Shown here one piece after another: positions 36,401 to 45,591 of a stretch of DNA of 64,000 bases (the stretch's first letter is position 1; every line of letters starts with the position of its first letter). A program made the position numbers and the translations under genes. Where the stretch lies: positions 32,001 through 96,000 of the forward strand of contig CAWDWO010000031.1 of NCBI GenBank assembly GCA_963806035.1, given 5' to 3'. This DNA is from Candidatus Krumholzibacteriota bacterium. GTDB taxonomy: Bacteria; Krumholzibacteriota; Krumholzibacteriia; JAJRXK01. The notes beneath the pieces were generated by a model. That model worked only from the letters and a program-made list of their open reading frames with translations. It had not been told where the DNA came from and made no database searches.

Positions 36401-39187
36401 CTAGCGAATGACGGTGAACTTGCCCACCACCCGATTGAACTTGTTATCATCGGATTCCACCGAGTACAGGTAGATTCCACTCACGATTTCCTGACCGTTA
36501 CGCGATACCAGATTCCAGGACACCGAGCCATCGCCATCTCGGCCGTCGTGCGGGATTTCCGCCACGAGATCACCCGAAAGGGTGAAGATCTTCACCGTAT
36601 TCTTCGATCTCGGCAGATTGCGGAATTCCACACGAACTCCGGTCGGGTCGTCGGCATTGGGAAACAGCTGACTGAACTCGGAGAGCGATTGCCGCGTCGC
36701 CGGATTCGGTACCACGTAGATGTTGGCTCCATTCGCCTTGCGATCCTCCGGCGTCTGCGCGATCGACTTGGGCGACGCAAAGGCGAAGTTGCTCTGGGGA
36801 TCGCCCACCAGGCCGGGACCGGTCGGCACCAGTTCGTTGGGCTGGGACTGATCCACCGTGAAGTCTGATGCGGTGACCGCGTAGAAGTAGTAGATCCCGT
36901 TGTGCACGTCCGTGTCGACGTATTCGTAAAACTCCACCGGCGGATCGAGCTTCGACCAGTAGAGGGTGTCGACCTGGTCGTAGCAGCAGTCCCAGTTCGC
37001 GAGCTGGGGATACGCCATTCCGATGTCGGTTACGGTGCCGTCCGCCTTGCGATAACGGAGCACCGTGCTCGGATTCAGCTTTTGCTTGTTCTCGTCCAGG
37101 ATCTGATCGATCAGGGCCGCGAGATCCTTGTACTTCGCCGCTTCGTACGAGCCCGGCCGATTGACCAGGGGCGTATAGCGAATGGGATCAAGTCCCGTAT
37201 TGGCACCCAGGGGAAGCTTCTCCTTCACCTCGTCGCGGCCATTGCTGATCGAACGAGTCGTGGTGAAACTGTCGACCAGGTCGTATTCGGCGATGAGCCG
37301 CCAGAGCTTCGATTCCGGCCCGTTTTCCACCGAAGAACCGTAGGGTCGGTCCCAGTTGTCCGCGCGCCAGATCCGGTAGGATTCGAAGTCCTTCTTCTGC
37401 AGGCGGACGTCGTTTTCCAGCTCGCTCTTGTTGTTGAAGAAGACATGCACGCGATTGCTCGTCTGCCACAGCCTCATCGTGGGAGCTGAAGGCGCGAGTC
37501 CAACCAGCCAGGGCACCCGGTATTCCTTCCCCATGACCCCGGTGCAACCGGCGAGGTAAGCAGCGTCGACCCCCTCACCATCCTGCAAGCAAGGGCTCTC
37601 GGTGAGACCCCGGAGATCCTGCCCCGTGCGCGCACGCTCGAAATCACAGTCGGCGTCGATGTAAATGCACCCGTCCTCGTCGAGGTCCTTGGGCTCGATG
37701 AAGACGGCCCTTCCCTGGGCGATGGTCAAACTATCGGTGCAGTCGACGAAGAGGCTGAAGATGGGGTTCGACGCGCCGCGGGGACCGAAATCGTCGATGC
37801 AGATCTTGGATTCGCGGCCCTTGATTCCAGTGTCACGATTTCCGTCGCGATCGAAATCGGCTCCGTAGTAGGTCAAAGCGGCCTGGACTGCGTTGCGGCG
37901 CATTCCCTCGAAGCCATCCCCGATCACGAAGGCGGCTTGGAACTGCAGACTCTCGGTGGGATCGAGTCCCGCGAACGGTCCGGTCGCCAGGAGAATGCGG
38001 TAGTCGTTGCCTCGACCCTGCCCCGGCAGAGGGAAGCTGTCGATCGCTTTGCGCGACATCAGGTCATAGCGCTCGGAGTCGTTCGTGGGATCGCCCCCGC
38101 GGTCGAAGGTCGCGCTCCCGCTGAAGTTCTGGAACGAAGTGATCCCCACCTCTTTCGGCGCGGTTTCGCCGGTGGGATCGGTATCGTGGTTGAGGAAGAA
38201 CATGCCGAAGTAGCCCGGCGTGACGCCCTCGTCACCATCGGCATCATATTGATAGGCGATGGCGAGAGGGACATACGAGCCGTCCTGGGCGCGAACCGTG
38301 CCCGACCAGAAGCCGGGCAGGTCGTCGTTGGCGATTTGCACGCCGCCGCGCGGACCGCAGTCGGGGTCGGCGAAGAAGCCCAGGAAGATGTCGTCCAGGG
38401 GCGCGACACCCGTATTGGTGATGGTGAACTGGAAGCCGATGAAGTCGTCGACCGCCTCGTCCTCCCACTGGAAAGTCTCCTGCACCACGTCGATGTGCAG
38501 GGGCTCGTGGTCGGGATAGGTCTCGATCGCCTGCGGGGAGTAGTCGGTATAGAGGCAGCGGAAATGCTGATTCCCGATGGCCGCGAAGTCCTCGTCGATC
38601 TTCCCGTCGCCGTCGTCGTCCTTGCCGTTCTTGGGATCCTCGTTGACCAGGCCGTCCTTGTCGTCGTCGTAGTTCGGGTCGGGATAACGCGCGCCGCCGG
38701 GTTCACCCTGCTTCATGGTGTAGATCGTGGCGAGCGGATCCTGCGCATCGGGACGGAATTCGAGTTCGTACTGACCCGTGGATACCGCGGGCACTCCGTT
38801 CTTGATGGCGCCGAACCACAGACCGGCTGACCAGAGATAGTCCACGCCGCTTCCCGCGGGCCACATCATCGAAGGCGCGTCCGAGAAACTCTGGCGGGTT
38901 CCCGGCTGAGAGCCGATGAGTCCGAAGTTCGTGATGTTGAGCTGGGCCTGCCCCACGTTCATCACGAAGTTCCCCAGGATCGTATAGCTTCCCTGGGCGT
39001 CCTTCCCCAGCGAGGTGATCTCGGGGCCATCATACCTGGCCACCGCTACGTTGGCGCTGACCAGACCGCCGGCAAACACCAAAAGGCAGACAACCCGACG
39101 CCACCAGTCGGTCTTTTCACGAGTGGCAAGGAACCACATTCCCACAAGCCTCCTTCGGCGACCCTCTCGTCGAGCTAGAATTGCCAT
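36401..39187 (-). CDS. Large secreted protein with a T9SS type-A-like C-terminal sorting domain
   Basis: Signal peptide; DxDxDG motifs; C-terminus IYVVPNP..VEFRNLP..VKIFTLSGDLV..WNLVSRNGQEIVSGIYLYSVE..VGKFTVIR. Start may be 39139. Confidence 0.8.
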   Translation of the reverse strand: MAILARREGRRRRLVGMWFLATREKTDWWRRVVCLLVFAGGLVSANVAVARYDGPEITSLGKDAQGSYTILGNFVMNVGQAQLNITNFGLIGSQPGTRQSFSDAPSMMWPAGSGVDYLWSAGLWFGAIKNGVPAVSTGQYELEFRPDAQDPLATIYTMKQGEPGGARYPDPNYDDDKDGLVNEDPKNGKDDDGDGKIDEDFAAIGNQHFRCLYTDYSPQAIETYPDHEPLHIDVVQETFQWEDEAVDDFIGFQFTITNTGVAPLDDIFLGFFADPDCGPRGGVQIANDDLPGFWSGTVRAQDGSYVPLAIAYQYDADGDEGVTPGYFGMFFLNHDTDPTGETAPKEVGITSFQNFSGSATFDRGGDPTNDSERYDLMSRKAIDSFPLPGQGRGNDYRILLATGPFAGLDPTESLQFQAAFVIGDGFEGMRRNAVQAALTYYGADFDRDGNRDTGIKGRESKICIDDFGPRGASNPIFSLFVDCTDSLTIAQGRAVFIEPKDLDEDGCIYIDADCDFERARTGQDLRGLTESPCLQDGEGVDAAYLAGCTGVMGKEYRVPWLVGLAPSAPTMRLWQTSNRVHVFFNNKSELENDVRLQKKDFESYRIWRADNWDRPYGSSVENGPESKLWRLIAEYDLVDSFTTTRSISNGRDEVKEKLPLGANTGLDPIRYTPLVNRPGSYEAAKYKDLAALIDQILDENKQKLNPSTVLRYRKADGTVTDIGMAYPQLANWDCCYDQVDTLYWSKLDPPVEFYEYVDTDVHNGIYYFYAVTASDFTVDQSQPNELVPTGPGLVGDPQSNFAFASPKSIAQTPEDRKANGANIYVVPNPATRQSLSEFSQLFPNADDPTGVRVEFRNLPRSKNTVKIFTLSGDLVAEIPHDGRDGDGSVSWNLVSRNGQEIVSGIYLYSVESDDNKFNRVVGKFTVIR

Positions 39188-42174
39188 CCGATACCCACGC
39201 GGAAGATGCGGTGTTGCTGGAACACACGCGGATCGTTGACCGGGACGTAGTCGTTCCGGCCGCTGCCGTCCACGTCGTAGAGGAGCGCCCCGCCGTACTT
39301 GCCGGTATCGGTCAGGTAAGGCGTATACGCGACCTGTGCGTTCGGGGCGACCGGTGCCACGAACGGCGCCTCCGTGGTCACGACGTCTTGATTGATCAGG
39401 TTGAGGCCCTGGAGAAAGAGCGTCACCTTTTGGCCGTACATGTTCACGTGCCGCTCGGCCTGCAGACTCAAGTCATACTCGTCGGGGTGCCGGCGGCTGT
39501 TCTCCAGTAGGGGGTCGACCTTCTTCTCGAAGCGGAAGACCGGAGTCCAGGGGAAGCCGGTTCCGTAGTCGAAAGTCATACTGGCCGCCCAGACATCCGG
39601 CTCCTGGACGCGCAGTCCCAAGTGCAAACTGTGGCGCCGGTCCCAGTTGAGCGGCAGCTCCTGGTTGGGAATGAACTGCAGGCCCTCGGGATTCGAGCCG
39701 AAGGTCTGATCACTCGCAACCCCGTCGGCGAAGGCGAATGTGTAGGCCAGCTTCATGCTCCAGCGGTTGCTGTAGCGCTTGTCCAGAGTGAACTCGACAC
39801 CACGCGCGTTCGCGAAGGCTTTGTTCACGTAGCGGCGCAGGGTGTTTCCCGTGGTCTCGTCGGTCACCGTGGTGGTGGCGACGAGCCCGTAGATGTCCTT
39901 CCAGTACACCACCATCTGCCCGGCCAGGTAGTCGTTGAACTGGCGCCGGATTCCGGCCTGGTAAGCGATCGTGAGCATGGACTCCAGATTGGGGTTCCCC
40001 AGGGAGCCCTGGTTCCCGATGGGATCCTGGCTCGCGAAGAGCACGTCGCGCTCGGGGAACTGAATGAAGCGCCCATAATGGAAGTGGAAGGCATCGCGGT
40101 CGGTGATGGGGAACGCGAAGCCGATGCGCGGACTGAACGCGGTCTTGTATTTCAAGACGTTGCGATCCACGCCTTCGTTGCTCAGCAAAATGTTCGCGGC
40201 GGAGCCGGGAGAGAACATGTCCCAGCGGAAACCGCCGTTGACTACCATACCCTCGTGCTCCCAGCGGTCCTGCAGATAGTAGGAAGCCTCGGGGTTGAAG
40301 CTGTGGAACACGTTGCGGTTGCTACCCTGCGAGTACTCTCCGGTTAACCGATCCAAACGCTCCACCGCCGGGCTGGTCAGGCTCTTGTCCCGCAGATCGT
40401 TGTAGAGAACCTTGAACCCGCTCTTGATCTTGTGACCCTTGTAACGGGTGCTGGTGATGTCGAACTTCGAGGTGTACTGGACCGTCTTCTGGTCGCGGAA
40501 CACGTAGTAGTCGCCCGAGGTGACCAGGAAGGGATTGTCCTGATCGGTGGCAAAGTCGGTACTGATCTGATACGACGGCTGGGTGTCGAAGAAAGTCCCG
40601 GCCCCGTCGATGCCCCCGTGGTTGAACTCGTAGGGCAAGAGATCACCGGCCACCGAATTGAAGCGATTGAACTCCAGGCGCGCGAGGCGGAGAGTGTAGA
40701 AGTCCGTGTCGTTGAGCGCGTGGCGCCACACGATTTTCGCCTGGGTACTCCAGCGCTTGGACTCGGGTCCCCGGTTGGCCGAGTTGAAGTCCACGTAGGA
40801 GGAGTCCTCCTGCACGGTGGAGAACCGGGACACCGGGTACTGGAAGCCCTCGAACTGAGGCTGCGCGGCCGCGAGGAAGGTGCTTCCCCTGGTGTCGCGC
40901 AACTGCAGCACCGGCATCGGCTCGTAGAACGTGCCCTCGCCGCGGTCGACCGCCACGCGCACCGTGTGCGCCAGACGCTGCATGTTCTGCACCCACGGCC
41001 CGTAGTAGACGCGGCGGGTGCGGCCGGTAAAGCGGTAGCTCCCGGAGACCGATTCGATCTCGGGCATGGTGAGAACTTTCTGCGCGTAACCCTGGACGTC
41101 CCAGTTGGGCAGATAGGGATCACTGCGGGTGAAGTTCGTGGTGATCTCGGCCGTGATCTTGCGCGCGCCCGCTTCGTCGAACTTGTAGGCCAGCTTGAGC
41201 GAGCCACGTCCCTGATTGGTCTGCCGGCGGCGCCACTTCCAGAGCGTTACTCCCAGCAACTTGACTTCGCTCTCGGGCCGATAGGCGCGGTTGTAGTTTT
41301 CGTTGTCCGAGAACGAGAGGTCGCCATTGACGAAGTAGGTGAGCCGCGGAATGCCGGTGGGTCCGCCAAAGGCGAACTCGAAGCGGTCGAAATTGGTGTA
41401 AGTGCGATCCTGGCGTCCGAAGTCGTCGGTGAGATAGCGGAAGCGCGCCTCGAACTTGTCTCCACCCTCGCGAGTGGTGACGTTCACCACTCCGGACAGC
41501 GCGTTTCCGTACTCGGGATCCTGTCCACCGGTCACGGTCTCGACGTTGGCGACACCGAGGCTACCCACACCCATCGACCCTCCGCCGAGGGGGTCATCCA
41601 CCGCCACGCCGTCGATGCGGAAGGAGAGCTCACCGGAACGGCCGCCGCGCACGTAGAGTTCGCCGCCGCGAGCCACGATTCCCGCCTGCTGGGCCACGGC
41701 TTCCTCGACCGAGTCCACCGCGTAGTCGGTGAGATCCTCACTGTGCACGGTCTGGGTGAATTCGGTCTCCTTCACCTCGACCATGACGGCCTGCCCCTCG
41801 ACGACGAATTCGTCGAAGGTCTTCACCACGGTGACTTCCAGGTTGAAATCCAGGTTCGTGGACTTGCCGGCCACGACGGTCACCGGCTGGGTGACCTTCT
41901 TGTAGCCGAGATAGAGAATGCTGATGGTGTAGTTTCCGGCCGGCAGATCGCGCAGGAAGAAGCGTCCGCCTCCCAGTGACATGGTTCCCCACTGCGACTT
42001 GTCGCTGTCCCGCGTCACCACCACGTTGGCGTAGTCCAGAAGTTCCCCGGTTTCCCCATTGCGGATGGTACCCGAGATTCCTCCCGTTTTCTGTGCATGG
42101 GCGGGAACGGCGCATACCAAGAGCACGAGAGCAAGGACGAGTGACGACCCGCGACCGAGTGACCGATGTAACAT
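39175..42174 (-). CDS. TonB-dependent receptor with an N-terminal carboxypeptidase-regulatory-like domain
   Basis: Signal peptide; GGISGTIRNGETGE..ANV; plug YVRGGR..IDGV..GGQDPEYGNALSGVVNVTTREG; FSPRIG; GNPNL; C-terminal IGWQF; AAGGAG RBS before ATG 42174. Confidence 0.93.
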   Translation of the reverse strand: MLHRSLGRGSSLVLALVLLVCAVPAHAQKTGGISGTIRNGETGELLDYANVVVTRDSDKSQWGTMSLGGGRFFLRDLPAGNYTISILYLGYKKVTQPVTVVAGKSTNLDFNLEVTVVKTFDEFVVEGQAVMVEVKETEFTQTVHSEDLTDYAVDSVEEAVAQQAGIVARGGELYVRGGRSGELSFRIDGVAVDDPLGGGSMGVGSLGVANVETVTGGQDPEYGNALSGVVNVTTREGGDKFEARFRYLTDDFGRQDRTYTNFDRFEFAFGGPTGIPRLTYFVNGDLSFSDNENYNRAYRPESEVKLLGVTLWKWRRRQTNQGRGSLKLAYKFDEAGARKITAEITTNFTRSDPYLPNWDVQGYAQKVLTMPEIESVSGSYRFTGRTRRVYYGPWVQNMQRLAHTVRVAVDRGEGTFYEPMPVLQLRDTRGSTFLAAAQPQFEGFQYPVSRFSTVQEDSSYVDFNSANRGPESKRWSTQAKIVWRHALNDTDFYTLRLARLEFNRFNSVAGDLLPYEFNHGGIDGAGTFFDTQPSYQISTDFATDQDNPFLVTSGDYYVFRDQKTVQYTSKFDITSTRYKGHKIKSGFKVLYNDLRDKSLTSPAVERLDRLTGEYSQGSNRNVFHSFNPEASYYLQDRWEHEGMVVNGGFRWDMFSPGSAANILLSNEGVDRNVLKYKTAFSPRIGFAFPITDRDAFHFHYGRFIQFPERDVLFASQDPIGNQGSLGNPNLESMLTIAYQAGIRRQFNDYLAGQMVVYWKDIYGLVATTTVTDETTGNTLRRYVNKAFANARGVEFTLDKRYSNRWSMKLAYTFAFADGVASDQTFGSNPEGLQFIPNQELPLNWDRRHSLHLGLRVQEPDVWAASMTFDYGTGFPWTPVFRFEKKVDPLLENSRRHPDEYDLSLQAERHVNMYGQKVTLFLQGLNLINQDVVTTEAPFVAPVAPNAQVAYTPYLTDTGKYGGALLYDVDGSGRNDYVPVNDPRVFQQHRIFRVGIGWQF

Positions 42175-42493
42175 GACGGTACTCCTTGCTGTTCTCTCGC
42201 GAGAGAACAACTCCACAGTCCAGCGTGGGGATGCGCCACACACCCCGGCACACGACCCATTCGACTCGATAGCGCGCTAGGCTGACGCGCTGACACCCGG
42301 GCCGGTGCGGGTGCGAAACACATAGAGCGGGGTTGAACTTGACGACACCCCTGATCCGCGGCTCCACCTGAAGGATCCGGCTGAGTGGAGCTTCCACCCG
42401 TGAATCCCAAGCACGAGCCGGGCACGAAAGGCCCGGCAGGTCCAGGGGATCAGGGAAAGCCGCGACATCAGGCACCTCTGATGTGACGTGCGA

Positions 42494-42522
42494 AATATAC
42501 GGGGCGGGTGGAATCGAGTCAA
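42494..42522 (-). promoter_or_regulatory. Putative sigma70 promoter for the TBDR operon
   Basis: Minus strand TTGACT-N17-TATATT, implying a leader of about 310 nt. Confidence 0.6.
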
Positions 42523-42557
42523 CCCGCGGATGGCGAGCTAAGCTCTTACAGGACACT

Positions 42558-43568
42558 CTATTGGGACATTGGCGAGGAGGGTGGGGAGTCGTAGATCCAA
42601 CACGCGACGCGGTGAGACCCTTCATGTGAGGACAGTTCGGGCCGCAAACGCGCGCATTCGGCACGAAACTCGCGGCAACGCGGATGAAACGGGCATCCCC
42701 CCGGACGCTCGCTGAGGCGCGGCGCATCCCCCTCCACCGGCGCCGTCTTCGCGGCCATGCCACCTTTCAGACGCGGCGCCGCCGCCAGCAAGGCGCGGGT
42801 GTAAGGGTGGAGTGGATCGCGGAGCACCTCTTCGGTCTTTCCCTCCTCGACGATACGTCCCGCGTACATCACCGCCACGCGATGGCTCATGTGCTGCACC
42901 ACCGATAGATCGTGCGCGATGAAGAGGTAGCCCAGGTTCATCTCCTCCTGGAGATCTTGGAGCAAATTCAGAATCTGGGCCTGCACGCTCAGGTCCAGCG
43001 CGGACACCGGTTCGTCGGCGATGACCAGCTCGGGGCTCAGGATGAGGGCGCGCGCGATCCCCACTCGCTGGCGCTGCCCTCCGCTGAATTCGTGCGGATA
43101 GCGGCGCGCGTGTTCCGCGCTGAGCCCCACTCTCTCGAGCATGGAGGCCACCTTCTCGTGGCGCTCGCCGCTTTCGCCCATTCCATGCACGAGCAAGGCC
43201 TCGTCGAGGGTCTGCCCTACGGTGAGTCGGGGATTCAGGCTGCCGTAGGGATCCTGGAAGACGATCTGCATGTGGCGGCGGAAACGGCGCAACTCGCGCC
43301 CGGAGAGCGCGCGCACGTCCACCCCCTTCACTTCGATTCTGCCCGCGGTGGCATCGATGAGCCGCAGAATACAGCGGGCCGTCGTGCTCTTGCCGCAACC
43401 GGACTCCCCCACCAGACCCAGGGTCTCGCCCGCCTTCAAGCTCAAGTCGATGCCCTCGACCGCGCGCAGAGTCTGACGCTTCGCGAGGAACAGCGATCGG
43501 GGCGGCTCGAAGTGCTTCGTAAGACCTCTCACCCGCAACAGAGGGGTCTTTTCAACTGGCTCGTGCAT
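42558..43568 (-). CDS. oppF: Oligopeptide/dipeptide ABC ATPase (OppF/DppF-like)
   Basis: [35 protein letters not shown]-terminal GCPFHPRC. Confidence 0.9.
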   Translation of the reverse strand: MHEPVEKTPLLRVRGLTKHFEPPRSLFLAKRQTLRAVEGIDLSLKAGETLGLVGESGCGKSTTARCILRLIDATAGRIEVKGVDVRALSGRELRRFRRHMQIVFQDPYGSLNPRLTVGQTLDEALLVHGMGESGERHEKVASMLERVGLSAEHARRYPHEFSGGQRQRVGIARALILSPELVIADEPVSALDLSVQAQILNLLQDLQEEMNLGYLFIAHDLSVVQHMSHRVAVMYAGRIVEEGKTEEVLRDPLHPYTRALLAAAPRLKGGMAAKTAPVEGDAPRLSERPGGCPFHPRCREFRAECARLRPELSSHEGSHRVACWIYDSPPSSPMSQ

Positions 43569-44562
43569 CGGGCCACCTCCCCTCCTGCAAGACCCGCTCT
43601 GACTCGAAGCAAGCTGCCTCATGTCCCTCGGCCACCGCGCTCAAGGGGGGTGCTTCCTCCCGGCAGCGATCCCGGGCGAAGGGACAACGCGGGGCGAATC
43701 GGCATCCCCCGCTTCGCTCCCTCGGATCGGGGACGTTCCCGCCGATCACGCGCAGACGCCCCGAGGGCAGGGCCGATTCGGGCCGGCAGGCCAGAAGTCC
43801 CAGGGTGTAGGGATGGGCCGGCCGTTCGAAAATTCGCGCCGCCGGTCCCACTTCCGCCAGGCGCCCGGCATACATGACCGCCACCTCGTGCGCGCTCTCG
43901 GCCAGTACCGCCAGATCGTGCGTGATGTGGAGCAGGCTCATGCCCATCTCCGACTGTAGAGAGTCCAGGAGCCGCAGAATCTGCTGTTGGATGGTGAGAT
44001 CGAGAGCGGTAGTCGGTTCGTCGGCGATCAGAAGACGCGGTCGGCAGGCGATGGCCATGGCGATCATCACGCGCTGCCGCATTCCTCCCGAGAGCTGATG
44101 CGGGTAGTCGTCCACCCTCCGTGCCGGCTCGGGGATTCCCACCGCATGCAAGAGTTCGATCGCGCGGCTGCGCGCCGCCTTGCGCGAGAGTCCCTCGTGG
44201 AGCCGCAGCACCTCGGCCACTTGCTCGCCGCAGGGGTAAACCGGGTTGAGGCTCGTCATGGGCTCCTGGAAGACCATGCCGATCTCCTTGCCCCGGATAC
44301 GGCGCAACTGCGAATCGTCGAGTTTCAAGAGGTCCTTTCCGGCAAAGAGCACGCTCCCACCGAGGATTCTCCCCGATGGCGCCGGCAAGAGACGCAGAAT
44401 CGACAGAGCCAGGGCACTCTTGCCACAACCCGATTCCCCGACCAGACCGAGGGTAGTGCCCGCGCGCACGCGCAGACTCACTCCATCGACCGCGATCGCC
44501 GGAGCATCCTCGCCGAGGAAAGCGGTCCGCAGGTTCCTTAGTTCCAGCAGTGTCTCGTTCAT
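43552..44562 (-). CDS. oppD: Oligopeptide/dipeptide ABC ATPase (OppD/DppD-like)
   Basis: [39 protein letters not shown]. Confidence 0.92.
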   Translation of the reverse strand: MNETLLELRNLRTAFLGEDAPAIAVDGVSLRVRAGTTLGLVGESGCGKSALALSILRLLPAPSGRILGGSVLFAGKDLLKLDDSQLRRIRGKEIGMVFQEPMTSLNPVYPCGEQVAEVLRLHEGLSRKAARSRAIELLHAVGIPEPARRVDDYPHQLSGGMRQRVMIAMAIACRPRLLIADEPTTALDLTIQQQILRLLDSLQSEMGMSLLHITHDLAVLAESAHEVAVMYAGRLAEVGPAARIFERPAHPYTLGLLACRPESALPSGRLRVIGGNVPDPRERSGGCRFAPRCPFARDRCREEAPPLSAVAEGHEAACFESERVLQEGRWPDARAS

Positions 44563-45590
44563 GGTCTCGAACTCGTTTTCACGATCAGGCGCGGATCGTT
44601 GAGATCACGCAGACCGTCACCCAGCAAGTTGAACCCGATGACGGTCGCGGTGATGGCCAGCCCAGGAAAGGTCGAGATCCACCAGGCCGTCAAGAGGGTA
44701 TCGCGGCCCTGGCCGATCAGCTGTCCCCAACTCACCGCGGGCGGTTGAACCCCCAGCCCCAAAAAGCTCAGAAAGCTCTCGGCCAGGATGGCGTTGCCCA
44801 CCCTCAGGGTGGCGGCCACGATGACCGGAGCCATTGCCGCGGGAAGCACGTGCCGCACGAGCAGACGCGGACGCGGAATTCCCAGGGCCCGACCGGCCTC
44901 GACGAAGTCCATCCCCTTGACCTGGAGCACTCCACCGCGGACCACCCGCGCCACCCCCATCCAGCCGGTGGTGCCCAGGACCAGAACCACCAGCCAGGTC
45001 GAGGGGGAAAAAACCGCCATCAGGGCCAGGATGAGAAAGAGCCGCGGAAAGGCGAGCATGAAGTCGGTGAAGCGCATGAGAATACTGTCGACCACACCTC
45101 CCAGGAAACCAGCCGCGGATCCCACCAAGAGCCCGATGAGGACCGAAGTGACGACGCTGGCCACCCCGATGAAGAGGGAGATGCGGGCGCCGAAGACCAC
45201 CCGGCTGAACAGATCCCGTCCCAGAAGATCGGTCCCCATCAGGTGCTGCGCCGAGGGGGGCAGAAAGCGGGAGACGACCGGGGTTCCCAGCGCGGTGGGA
45301 TCGTAGGGAGCGAGCAAGGGGGCCAGAAGTGCCACCAGCAGAAGAAAGGCGATGAGGAGGATGCCGGCTTTGGCCGATGCGTCGGCCCAGGCCTTGGTCC
45401 ACCAGCTGCGCGGATCGGGCCCGGGAGCGAAGAGCACGAGCAGAGCCAGAACCAGGGAACACCAGGAGGCGATCGCGCCGTCCGCTCCTCCCCCGCGACC
45501 GTTCAACCAGTCGTAGGCCATGGGCCCCTTGAGCAAGAGCGGAAGAAAGACGAGGAACGAAGGCAGGATTCTGCGCGCAGCTCTTGGCAT
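44559..45590 (-). CDS. oppC: Oligopeptide ABC permease (OppC/DppC-like)
   Basis: HLMGTDLLGRD, GARISL, FVEAGRALG, ESFLSFLGLG, NLLGDGLRD. Confidence 0.92.
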   Translation of the reverse strand: MPRAARRILPSFLVFLPLLLKGPMAYDWLNGRGGGADGAIASWCSLVLALLVLFAPGPDPRSWWTKAWADASAKAGILLIAFLLLVALLAPLLAPYDPTALGTPVVSRFLPPSAQHLMGTDLLGRDLFSRVVFGARISLFIGVASVVTSVLIGLLVGSAAGFLGGVVDSILMRFTDFMLAFPRLFLILALMAVFSPSTWLVVLVLGTTGWMGVARVVRGGVLQVKGMDFVEAGRALGIPRPRLLVRHVLPAAMAPVIVAATLRVGNAILAESFLSFLGLGVQPPAVSWGQLIGQGRDTLLTAWWISTFPGLAITATVIGFNLLGDGLRDLNDPRLIVKTSSRP

Positions 45591-45591
45591 C

